From: Proteromonas lacertae | Lineage: Eukaryota | Reading direction: 5' to 3' | Assembly: GCA_002245135.1 (NCBI GenBank) | Contig: NGBS01001164.1 | Coordinates: 124,001-188,000, forward strand | Length of the DNA stretch: 64,000 nucleotides | Shown: positions 52,539 to 64,000 of the stretch, piece by piece | How positions within the stretch are numbered: the stretch's first letter is position 1 | Layout of the letters: every line of letters begins with the position of its first letter | Program-made: the position numbers and the translations under genes | Notes under the pieces: model-generated | The model's database searches: none | Seen by the model: only the letters and a program-made list of their open reading frames with translations | What the model was told of the DNA's origin: nothing

Positions 52539-53267
52539 TTAATTCTTTATAGCAGAATCAAATAACCAACCTTCATCTACATCATATTCTAATACACTAA
52601 GCTCATTTCCACCAATTTTACTATAAGCTAAAGGAGCTGATTTCCATTTCAAACCATTTGATACTAAATACTTATCCATACTATCAAATCTATTTAACAT
52701 TTATTAATACATCATAAAATATACAATCTTCCTATATTCATTACATAAGTAAATATCGATCTACATGGAATTCTTACTCTTATTACTTTGGCTTTAGGTA
52801 ATTTTACTACTTTTAAACCGATTTCTTCTAATTTTTCTTTTTGTTCATATGCATCTTTTATTGCTATTCCTACACTCCATACTTGCTCAGATGCAGGGGT
52901 TTTATCTGTATGATATACATCAATATATGCTTCATATTTACGATTATCGCTTAAACCAGCTTTTCTCAAAAGAACATCAAGTTCATTATATGCATAACTC
53001 ATTGATTCGAATGTTCCAGTTCGAGTTATAAATCTATTAAACCATTATAATATCAATATTATACACATAATCCATTTCTTTCATCTCAATAACATCTCCA
53101 ACTGCTTCTGTTCATTTATTAAGGATTCAAATTTAACAATACATTGGTAAATGCAAAAAAGGATATGAAAAATAACTCAAATACCATAAACTACTCACTC
53201 CAACAATTGAAATCACTGCACATACAACAGTTATGATTGGTAAGAAGTAAATAATAATCATCAACAT
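52539..53267 (-). CDS. N-terminally anchored GyrI-like (TEX264-like) small-molecule-binding protein; one U12 intron
   Basis: Hydrophobic N-terminus; VYHTDKTPASEQVWSVGIAI..GLKVVKLPKAKVIRVRIPCRS; first intron AT-AC. Confidence 0.6.
53110..53166 (-). other. U12-type AT-AC intron (57 nt)
   Basis: Minus strand 5' ATATCCTTTT, branch TCCTTAAT, 3' GAAC; TTT TC|A GAA GCA GTT; the nested GT-AG alternative gives a stop. Confidence 0.88.
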
Positions 53268-53634
53268 CTTCAATGATTGATTTGAATAATGAAAAGTAAT
53301 GCAAATTGGCGCGATTTAGCTCCAAAACTAACCAATAAAAATTGAATAATAATAATGATAAAGGCGCCATTTCCCTCCATCAAAAATTGTTTGTAATGCT
53401 ATTTGATAATAAATTTGTTGTATCTGGAAAATATTGGTATTTGTTTAACACAATAAAACATAAAACACAAATCCAGTAGAATCAGCTAAGATTTATTCAT
53501 AAATTATATCGAATATAATTTTAAAAAATAAAATAAAATATATTTCTTTACATAAGCAATGTTTTAGAAGGTTTTTAAAAAATATAAGAAAATAGAAACG
53601 ACTAAATATTTTGAAATATCAAACAAGTTCGAAA

Positions 53635-56600
53635 TTGTTTTTCTTCAATTCTATCTTCATTGATATTGTATCATCCAATGGAGGAGTATTTAGAATAATA
53701 TATATTAATAGATAAAAGAAAGAATAGAAAAAAGTATTAATGAAGTGGATTTTGTGTTACATGATAAAACTAATGCTAAAACAATGAAAATATTCAATAT
53801 TAGTGGGATAAAAGAAAAGAAGATATTAAAATTGTGTGAAAATACCTCTTTATTGTTAGATTATTTTTTATCTTTTGTCATTTATATTCAAATACAGTTT
53901 ATCGGATGTAATGTAATGATATATGAGAGATACCATTATATAGAAGATTTAGAACAGATAATTCAAAGTAACTCATTATCAGATGATATTGTTTATTGTG
54001 TGATATATTCAATATGTGATATACTAATGATATTAAGTGAATATGATATAGTGATAAGTAATCTAAAGAGTTCAAATATTGCAATTGATAGTACTAACAA
54101 TATAAAATTTTGTGATTTATTTTTGAATGTATTGAGAAATGATGATGATTTGAGAGTGTATGATATATGCTTCAAAAGCCCTGAAGAGTTAAGTGGATTA
54201 GAATGTAATGAGATAAGTGTGATATGGTCAATTGGATGTATTTTATATGAGATGATTTGTAAGAAATTACCATTTTCTGAAGATAATAATATCATCAAAA
54301 CATTGAATAATATTCATAGATGTAGATATAATATTGGTATAGAATGTAATAATATGATGAAAGAAATGATAGAGAGAATGTTAAAAATGAAAAATAAAGA
54401 TATAATGAGTATAAAAGAGTTGAGAAAAGAGATGATGAAAATGAATGAAATATTAAAAGATGATGAAGATTGTTTAATGATATGTAAAGAAGGAAAAGAG
54501 ATGTTATATAAAAATGATGAATTTATTATTACACTGCCAATAATTTATCCATCAGAATATTATCTTGAAAATAAGAAATGGAAAGAAATTCGAGATGGTT
54601 TTATAGAATCTTATAAGAATAAACCTAATGAAAAAATACTATCAATATTATTGATGATAAAATTAAGCAAAAGAGATAATACAATAGAAGATAATCTGAT
54701 ATTTCAAATCCGCCATAAATGTAAAGAAGGGGGGAAATGTTATTTAGATGAAAAGGTTTTTAATATTTGTAAGCATAATAAAGGGAGTTTATCAATTAAT
54801 TCCAAATGTATTTGTAAATGTATAAGTGGGTTGGATTATTTGTTTAGAATATTGAGTTTGATCAATCCAATAATGCTATCATTTTGTATAATTCTTATGT
54901 ATTTTACTGTATTAGTTGATATTGATATTCCAATCCAATTCCAATCATTTTTTGGACTTTTTTTTAATCGATTATCAAATCTACAAGAATTATATTTATG
55001 CAATTGTAGACTTACTTTTTCTTTCATTGAATCATTTGTTAAATCAATTCCATTTATGAAATTAAATAGATTAAATCTTTGGAGTATTTATTTTCCTCTC
55101 TTATTTATTATAAAAATATAGCTAATCCAATTGACCCAAAATCCTTTAAGTTATTACTTCCATATTTGCATCTATTAATTAATAAAGAAAATGAATTGCA
55201 TTTATCAAGAATGAGATTAAATGATGAATCAATGGTATTATTATCAGAAGAATTGCATAAATATCCAACTTTAGAGATAGTTAATATTAGAGATAATAAA
55301 AATATTCAATCAAAAGGATTAAAAGCATTATTCTCCAAATTTCCAATTTCACAAATATGGTTTGATTTTAATGGAAGTAAAGAATTACTGATTGATAAAG
55401 ACATTCCAGAATTCATTAAATACATCCAATTTTTTAATGTATTATATCTGAAGGATTTAGAAATTGATGATGATTTTTTCACATCATTCATTTCATTAAA
55501 ATCAAATGAATTAGGAAGAATAAAAGAATTAGATTTGAATAGTATAATTTGATATTTTTATAAGTATTTAGATAATAAACTAACCAATAAAAGTATTGAG
55601 ACATTCATCAACAATTTATCTTCTTTTTCAGAACTAAAAATACTTCAATTATATGGAAATAGAATTGGAGATGAAGGAATGAAATTATTATCTCCTCATT
55701 TACATTTATTAAAAGATGAATATAAAATAAATTGCTCAAGTATAGATTTTTATTTACCACTGAATAGAAATGGGATTATCTTCAGTTGGATTCAAATGTT
55801 TAGTCAATGGTTTAAAGAATATTCATGAAAAGATCAAGCTTGATATAAGTGATAATAATATAGATTCGGAAGGAATAGAGTATCTTATGAATTATGTGAA
55901 AGGAAATGATAATATTGATAGATTAATTATTCATAGTATATTATTAATAGTAATTAATAACAATATATTAGACAATCCAATTAATAATGGATTTAAGTTA
56001 TTCTTAAATCATTTAGATATGTTAATGGAAGAATATGAATTGAATTTGAGAAATATATTAAATGATGATGAAAGTATAAAAATGTTAGAGAATTTGGTTC
56101 ATCATATTAGGTGTTCTAAAAGTAATTTAAATGGAAATAATATAAGAATTAAAGGTTTGAAATTAATATGTTCAAAATCATTAGAAAATGAAAATTATCC
56201 ATTTATTGAAATGAAATGTACATCATGGACAAATGAAGAATTCGAGTATTATTTGAATTATTGTAGTTGCAAAAATAGATATACGATTTATGATTTTTCA
56301 AGTATATAACCTTATTTCTAATGAAATAGATATGAATGTAAAAGATTCTCATATTTCATTAATTAAACAGATAAACTATAAAATACTAGATTTATCGAAT
56401 AATCAGATTACTTCTAAAGGATTAATAGAATTAACACATTCTTTACAAAAGAATGTAGAATACATATCAATATTTAATAATAAAATTGGAGATGAAGGAA
56501 TGCAAGTAATTTGTAAGTATATAGAGAAATTTATTAAGAGAGAATATGATTATTATCCAATACATTCTGCTAAAAAATATATTTTATATTTGAATCTTTC

Positions 56601-56940
56601 AGGTATTATATGAATATAATAATTCATAATTTGAATAGACATTGGGATAAGCGAAAAGGGATTAAAAATGTTAATTGAAAGATTAAAAGATTATGAACTA
56701 TTAGAAAAGATAAATGTGGAAGGAAATGAATTGAATGAAGAAGAATTAAGATTAATGGAAGAAAACAAAGAAGTATTTGATTGTTTAAATGAATTATCAA
56801 TAACAGTAAAAGATAATATAGATAAATCAGAATTAAAATCATTTTTACAAACATTTTCAACAATTAAAAGAATTAATTTGAATGGATTTTCAGAAGAAGA
56901 AAAAAAAGAATTATCAAAAGAATATTATAATGTTGAATAA
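53635..56940 (+). CDS. Pseudokinase plus leucine-rich-repeat (RI-like) protein; homologous start is TTG
   Basis: Kinase fold with ISNLKSSN (for HRDLKxxN), CDLFL (for DFG), FKSPE, IWSIGCILYEM; LRRs such as LDLSNNQITSKG, FNNKIGDEG; repeated phase-1 GT-AG introns. Confidence 0.75.
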
Positions 56941-57002
56941 CTTCAAATATTAAATTCTTTTTATTACATAATCAACATAAGTCTATCCTAAATATCTACA
57001 TA

Positions 57003-57270
57003 ATTTCATCCATTACCTGATATATATGGAACACCTTATACTGCTTATAATTTACCTGAAACTGATTATAGTTGGGAGAAAATATATTCATCTGTTAAGA
57101 CTATGACTTTGCCAAGTGATGCACTTAAAGTGAGATGTCCAACTGCTGGAAATTCACAGAATAATAATTCATCAGAATTATTTCGATTCAATATATAAAC
57201 CAAAAAATACTACTTTTTCTTTTTTTCTTAGCAATTTTGTATATTCATTCTTTAGCTCCTTATTATTTTG
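57003..57270. repeat. 268-bp direct repeat, copy 2 (orphan duplicate of the EPC 3' end)
   Basis: Matches 51844-52111. Confidence 0.95.
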
Positions 57271-57610
57271 GTATAATCTGTTTAGTTCAGTATGTTGTAG
57301 TATATCCACTCAGAAAATAGCATCCATGATACGATGATTAAAGTAAAATAAAATACTGCCAAGAATTGAACATAAAACAAAAAATCAGAAAACCGAATTC
57401 CGCTCTCACTTCGTGTCCATTATAGATGGATTTTATAGAATTTTAAGTATGAAAATTTAAATCGTTGATATTTGACGTGAACATTTATTTTTAGTTTCAT
57501 TCTATCAGGATAATGTATGTATATAATACTAATTCAACATAAAACATAAATTTTGTTTCTATATAAACCCATTCCTTTAATATTCATACCATACTATATT
57601 TAATAGAAAA

Positions 57611-58399
57611 ATGTCTGGAGACAGTATAGAGAATAATGTATTTATGGCAAGATTAGCCGAGCAGGCTGAAAGATATCAAGAAATGGTTGATTACATGAGA
57701 AAAGTAGCCACCACAAAGAAGAATAACGAAGATGGTGTCCGTTTAACCCTTGAAGAAAGAAACTTATTGTCTGTTGCATATAAGAATGTCGTAGGTTCTC
57801 GTCGTGCATCATGGAGAGTGTTATCTTCATTAGAACAAAAAGAAGAAGCTAAAGGCTCAGAAGATCGTGCAGCTAAAATTAAGAAGTTCCGTCAAGTAGT
57901 AGAAAAAGAATTAAACGATATATGCAGAGATATATTAGGTATTTTGAAAGATACTCTAATTCCAGCCAGTGAATCTGTAGAAGATAAAGTATTCTACTTA
58001 AAAATGGCAGGAGATTACTACAGATATTTAGCTGAATTCTTACAAGGAGCTGATGGTGAAAAAGTAATAAAAGATGCTAAAGAAGCTTATGAAACAGCAA
58101 TGAATGAAGCTAAGAATGGAAAAACACCATTACCACCAACCAGTCCAATATTATTAGGTTTAGCATTGAACTATTCCGTATTCTACTATGAAATATTAAA
58201 TGGACCAACTGAAGCATGTCAATTAGCTAAAAAAGCCTTTGATCAAGCTGTTGCTGAATTAGATACCTTATCTGAAGAAGATTATAAAGATGCAACTCTT
58301 ATTCTTCAATTATTAAGAGATAATTTGACATTATGGACTACTGACACTGAAGAGAATGAAGGTCATCTTGAAAATGATTTAGAAGTAACTGATCCATAA
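57611..58399 (+). CDS. 14-3-3 protein (intronless CDS; probable 5' UTR intron ~57515-57606)
   Basis: [47 protein letters not shown]. Confidence 0.98.
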   Translation: MSGDSIENNVFMARLAEQAERYQEMVDYMRKVATTKKNNEDGVRLTLEERNLLSVAYKNVVGSRRASWRVLSSLEQKEEAKGSEDRAAKIKKFRQVVEKELNDICRDILGILKDTLIPASESVEDKVFYLKMAGDYYRYLAEFLQGADGEKVIKDAKEAYETAMNEAKNGKTPLPPTSPILLGLALNYSVFYYEILNGPTEACQLAKKAFDQAVAELDTLSEEDYKDATLILQLLRDNLTLWTTDTEENEGHLENDLEVTDP

Positions 58400-58530
58400 A
58401 TTATTTTTTAATAAATTTATATATTCTAAAATAATACTTGAGTTTTGTTTGTTAATGAAATTGAAAAACATACACAAAGAACAAATAAAAAAAAGACAGA
58501 AAAAAGTGAATAAATAAAATAATATTAAAT

Positions 58531-59526
58531 CTATAATAATGGTTGTTGATTGTTTGTGTTTTGCTTTGTATAAGTCTTTAGGGGAGTTAATGTGTCTCTT
58601 CTAAACATAAATATAATAAACAAATAGATAAATATACACTGGGATGTGCCTAAAAAGAATAATAAAACAAACAGATGGAGCAATTTCACATATAACATAA
58701 ATAAGAAAAAGTAAAATTCCAGCAACTAATGTACTAAAACTAACAAATTCCCAAGTAAATAAAGACACTACAATTCTAAAAAATAGCACTATAGTACACA
58801 GCCATAAAGTTATATTCATTTCTCTTAATTTATCTTTTCTCATCTTTAGATCGATTGGAACATTTCCAATTACTATTTTTAATTGATGGCCTAAATAGAG
58901 AAAGACTAGAATAATGACAATTATAGTACAGGATAATATAACAGAAGCAAATTTATCTAGAATAAACCTTGTTTGTTCTATTATAAAATATAAATATAAA
59001 TATATATATATTTATATACGATTATCAACAACACCAAACTGAGAGAAATAAAAACAATTCAAAGCTAAAAAAACAGTTACTGTTATTGATATTGTTGCAT
59101 TCCTTACTGTATCATATACTGACTTTTCTATAGCACGAGATAATACAAAAACTCTTATCCAATGTAACATAACAGGTAAAAACAAAAATGGATAGAGTGT
59201 GAAAGGAATATTTTCTATAATGTACCAACTAGGATGTTGATCAAAATAATTTATTGGAAATAATGATTTACTATTGGTTTCATTGTATCGATCATCCGGC
59301 AACCACATTGCTGATGTAGAAAACAAAATACATCTCACTATATATAAAATATATATCATCTATTGTTCATACAAATGGCAATCAATGCAACACACAAATA
59401 TACAACTAAATGCCTTGATAAACTACATTTTGCTCGAATAAACTTAAAAACAAACAAAAGTGCACCTAATGTCAACATTCCATACAACACCGATAAAACA
59501 AGGAACAAAACATTGATAGTACTCAT
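58531..59526 (-). CDS. Multi-pass membrane protein, GPR137/TOM1 (DUF1084)-like, 3 introns
   Basis: About 7 hydrophobic segments; NIPFTLY..LHW, CTIVLFFR, YVICEIAPS; C-terminal QQPLL dileucine-like signal. Confidence 0.6.
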
Positions 59527-59647
59527 TGTTTTAAAGATATTCTTTCTAAGAAAGCTTGAAGTTGATTTGATTTGAGAGTTTGAAGTTTCTATTTTTATAT
59601 TTTCAGTTATATCTTCATATTTAAATATTCCGTAAATTAATTTGTAT

Positions 59648-62600
59648 ATGGATGATCGAATAGATGAATATGATATAGGTAACCCTATAGGTATGTTATA
59701 TCTCGATCTATTGTTAGGAAAGGGCAAGTTTGCTGTTGTTTATAAAGCTACACGTAAAAGTGATAATGAGACAGTTGCTTTGAAGAAGATATCTTTTCAT
59801 GATATGGTTGATGAAAAATCAAGTATAAGCAGTTTGTTATTTTAATAGGAGAAAAATGTTTGAAAGAAGTAAGACTATTACAATCATTACACCATCCGAA
59901 TATAGTTAATTATATAGATAGTTTTATACATGAAGATCATTTAGTGATTGTAGTTGAATGGGCTGGAGCTGGTGATTTAAAAAGACAAATAAAGAGGGCA
60001 CAAAAGAAAAATGCTAGATTCAGTGAAAGGGTGATTTGGAAGTATTTCAGTCAAATGGCTGAAGCAGTAAGGTATATGCATTCTAAAAGAGTTATGCATA
60101 GAGACTTAAAACCAGCCAATGTATTTTTAACAGAGGATGCCACTATAAAAGTAGGTGATTTAGGTTTAGGTAGAATGTTAAGTGATAAGACAATGGAAGC
60201 ATATTCCAAAGTTGGTACACCATTATATATGGCTCCTGAAGTATTACAAGGCAGTGGATATGACTTTTCTTCAGATATCTGGTCATTAGGTTGTATCTTG
60301 TATGAATTAGCAGTATTAAAATCTCCATTTAAAGAAGACAATATAAATTTATATGAACTATTCCAAAAGATAAGTAAAGGCGAATTTAAAGCATTACCTG
60401 ATTATTTTGGTAAAGAATTAAAAGGTTTAGTAATTGACATATTACAATTAGATCCAAAGAAAAGACCAACCATCGAACATGTTTGTGATGTTGCAAACCA
60501 ACAGTTTGAGTTTCATAGTCAGCATCGTCAAGTAAATCCTGAAGAACACAATGATAGTCATATGATGTCTGAAACTAAAAGAGATGATAGTAACAATGAA
60601 GAAGAAAAGAAACAAGAACAACCTCCTCCTCTTTCTCAACCAAGACAAGAACAAGAACAACAACAACAACAGAAACCTGTTGAACAACTACCTCCACAAA
60701 CCAAATCAGAAGAAACAAAGGCAGAGACTAAATCTGAATCTATTCAACAACATCCTATTCAGCAAAAACCATCTCCTACTCAGCAGCAACAACAACAACA
60801 ACAACAAGAGCCATTGAAATCAGAACCAATTCTACAGCCACAACAGCCAATACAACGACAACAACCAAAACAATCACAAAACCCCTTAAAATCAGAACCA
60901 TTACCTCCAAATTCAGAAACAAAAGACAATGAAAGACCAACATCTGAAGAAAAGAAGATAAGTCCAATAGAACTAAGAAGAATTAGTGAATTGAAGAATA
61001 TTGATTCATCACCTCCCTTATCTGCTACACCTGGTAGTGCAAATAGCAATGGAAGTGATGGTAATAATAGCGAAAGAGATGATAATACTGTAATAGTAAA
61101 ACCATCACCACGATCTGATATTGACGCAATCCCACCACAATTAATCAAAGATATTCCTACTCATATAGAAAAAGAAGAACCTGAAGTTATTCTTAAACGA
61201 CAGTCTTCATCAAGAATGAGGAAATCTTCATTACTTGCTGAAGAAATCAAAGTAGGAGAAACTGATAAAGTGGTAGTAGATGAAAATAACAATAATTACA
61301 ATAGTAAAATATCACCTAATTATAGTGGTAATGAAAAAGACATTCCATCATCCTCAGGTTCATCATCTCATAGGAACTCTGTCAAACATCATAAATCTCA
61401 TCGTCATTCTACTAAACATAATAGTACAGATAAAGACGATAATAATAATAATAATAATAATAATAATCCATCTGATTTACCAATAGCCAGTGATAAAGAA
61501 GAAGTAAAATTAGAAAGTGGTAGAAGTAGTGTAATTAGCAATAATAATAATAATAATAATAATAGTAACAGAGGTTCAATTGTTGAACCAAAAATAAGTA
61601 ATAGTACTAGATCAAGTGTGATTGAAGAAAAACCAAGATTATCACAAATAAAACAACAACAACAACCAATTATATCTAAAATTGAGAGTGTTAAAAATGT
61701 AAAAGAAGAAGAAGAAGAGGAAAAGAAAAAAGAAGAATTAATAAAAGAATCACATAGTATTCCTACTAAACCATCCATTAATATTACTCCATCAGTTGAA
61801 TCTAAACCAGTATTAAAGGCAAGTGTAAATATCCCAAGTCCAAAGAAATTACCATCTGGAGATGATAGTATTAATATAATTGAATTATCAGAGAAATGTA
61901 TTCAAGAATTAAAGATATTAAATTATGAATTTCAATATTGTGCTGCTAAGTATATATTATTATTATTATTGTATAGAAATATTCAACCATTTCGTCATGA
62001 ATACTTTCAAGGTGTTTTCTTAGATGAAACAGAAAAACGAAGTGCAGCTGATCAATTTCTATCATTATGTAAATGGTTATTTTCAATATTAGAAGTGAAT
62101 TTCGATATAAGAGAAAATACTTCAACTGTTGATAAAATGACTCAACTCTGTATAAATATGCAGAATATTGGCATTTCCAGAGAATTAATTAGTTCAATAT
62201 CTCCAGCTTCCTTATGTAAAGGATATGGAGAATCAGTTGTTACTGTATTATATTATATTTTAGAACAATGTTTATATAAACAAAATATAAAGTATATTAT
62301 TATTACTTACATTTATTTATTTATTGTCTTATAGATTTGGAGTGCAATTGGAATATCCTGATGAGGAAGATGAAAGAAGAGTCTGTGAAATATTAGAAGA
62401 AGAAGATAATGAAGGTGATATATTCCCTGATTATATAGAATATGATGATTATGGAAATGATAGTGAAGATGAAGAATTTGATAGTATGGAATTTTCCAAA
62501 AATTATACTGAAATTGATCCAAAGTTGTGGAAAGAAGAATGTGAAAAAGTATATCCCAAATTAGAGCAAAGGATGTTGCAATCAAGAGTAATAAGATCTG

Positions 62601-63185
62601 AATGGAGTAATAGATTAGAAGATTGGAGAAATAATAATAAAATAATCAAAAAGAGTGAACCATATTGCAGTGAGTTTTTAGATAAATTATTATCTAATTT
62701 GAGATCTGAATTAGATCAAATAGAACAAAAAGAAAATACACTTTCTATCTCATTACAAAGACAGTGTGAGAATTTTAATGCAATAACTTCCTCTACTAAA
62801 GAAAAGCAAGAATTATTAGTTGCTTTACAGAGTGAAATCGATGATATTTCAAGTCAATATAACTCAATGAAAGATAGAGTAAAAGCAATGAAAGATGAGA
62901 TAGATTCGAGATTTAAGACTGGTAGTGATGCTGTTCCCATTGTGAAGATTAAACAAGCAATGAAACAGCTGGAAAAAGAAAATGAGAAGATGGATATTCA
63001 ATTAACGTATATTTTGTATGATTTCTATTTTTATTAGTATTACAACTGCTATGTTGAATAGATTTTCCAATAAATATGGTGAAGTGGTTAGTGATGATGA
63101 GGATGACTATGACAATAGCAAAATAAATGAGAACTCTGACAGCGAAAGTGAAGATACTCTCTCGTATAGTGCATATACTAAGTGA
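59648..63185 (+). CDS. NEK6/7-like kinase fused via a low-complexity linker to a C-terminal IFT57 domain
   Basis: GKGKFAVVY..HRDLKPANVF..GDLGLGR..VGTPLYMAPE; C-terminal ELKILNYE..PASLCKGYGESV..WKEECEKVYPKL..DAVPIVKIKQAMKQL..MDIQ. Confidence 0.85.
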
Positions 63186-63330
63186 CATTATTTATAAATT
63201 TTCAAATTGTTTCTTGTTGTAATTGAGGATTTAAATCGATTTTTATTAAAAAGCTTGATAAAAGATTTGAGCTATTTTGTTTTTGATCTTTCTGTTATAC
63301 CAGTAGTTTTTGAAATAGAATACATTTCTT

Positions 63331-64000
63331 ATGGAAGATCGAATTGATGAATACGATATTGGGCATGCTATAGGTATATCTTTTTGTCTAATGGATTTAG
63401 GTAAAGGTCAGTATGCCGTTGTTTATAAAGCTGTGAGAAAATGTGATGGAAGTGTAGTTGCATTGAAGAAGATATCTCTTTTAGATATGATTGATGAAAA
63501 ATCAAGTATTTGCTAGTCTTTATATTTTCTTAGAACAAGCATGTTTAAAAGAAGTAAATCTATTAAAAAATATGCATCATCCAAATATAGTAAATTATAT
63601 TGATAGTTTTATTCATAAGAAACGTTTAGTGATAGTTGTTGAATGGGCAGGAGCTGGTGATTTAAGAAAACAAATAACATATGCTATAAAGAAGAAAGCA
63701 AGATTCAGTGAAAGAGTAATTTGGAAGTATTTCAAACAAATTGCAGATTCAGTTAGATATATGCATTCTAAACGAATAATGCATAGAGATTTAAAACCAG
63801 CCAATATATTTCTAAAAGAAGATGGAACAATAAAAGTAGGTGATTTTGGTTTGGGAAGAACGTTAAGTGAAAAGACATTAGCAGCGTATTCGAAGGTAGG
63901 TACTCCCTTATATATGGCTCCTGAATTACTATTAGAAAAAGGATATGATTTCTCATCCGATGTTTGGTCTTTAGGCTGTATATTATACGAATTAGCAGCT
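63331..64000 (+). CDS. Second NEK6/7-like kinase, tandem paralogue, 3'-partial
   Basis: Same two intron positions as the 59648 gene; HRDLKPANIF, GDFGLGR, VGTPLYMAPE. Confidence 0.9.

Noticed and set aside
51844..57270. LTR retroelement suggested by the direct repeats
   Set aside because: The repeat is EPC coding and UTR sequence, lacks TG..CA ends, and no gag/pol is present
1..64000. CRISPR arrays, tRNA/rRNA genes or an alternative genetic code
   Set aside because: None recognised; in-frame stops are explained by introns, one indel and pseudogenes under the standard code

Overview
Gene-dense, very AT-rich eukaryotic nuclear DNA, with about 30 protein genes broken by very short (~21-45 nt) GT-AG introns, short intergenic spacers and GU-rich elements after genes. 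This architecture suggests a Blastocystis-like stramenopile protist; that is an inference, as the window has no rRNA or tRNA marker. Recognisable genes: CSN5, 3R-MYB, RME-8/DNAJC13, Rab8, p24/TMED, PKG, beta'-COP, an SLC25A32-type carrier, a PDR ABC transporter, LAMTOR3, EPC, 14-3-3 and two NEK kinases. The strongest hidden signal is six minor-spliceosome (U12-type) introns in 64 kb. Four are AT-AC and two appear to be AT-AA; all are longer (55-72 nt) than the surrounding U2 introns, and three are consecutive in one lineage-specific surface-protein gene. Each is needed to restore a reading frame. Other highlights: a NEK kinase fused to a complete IFT57 domain; a convergent pair of DDE-less pogo/CENP-B-type HTH genes; an apparently exact 1,424-bp tandem array; a pseudokinase-LRR family in four states of decay; a 268-bp direct repeat bracketing a 4.9-kb two-gene block; three EF-hand-like paralogues with shared intron positions; a 1-nt frameshift in RME-8; and a candidate polyadenylation-created stop codon. 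All exon models were derived by eye and need RNA-seq confirmation.
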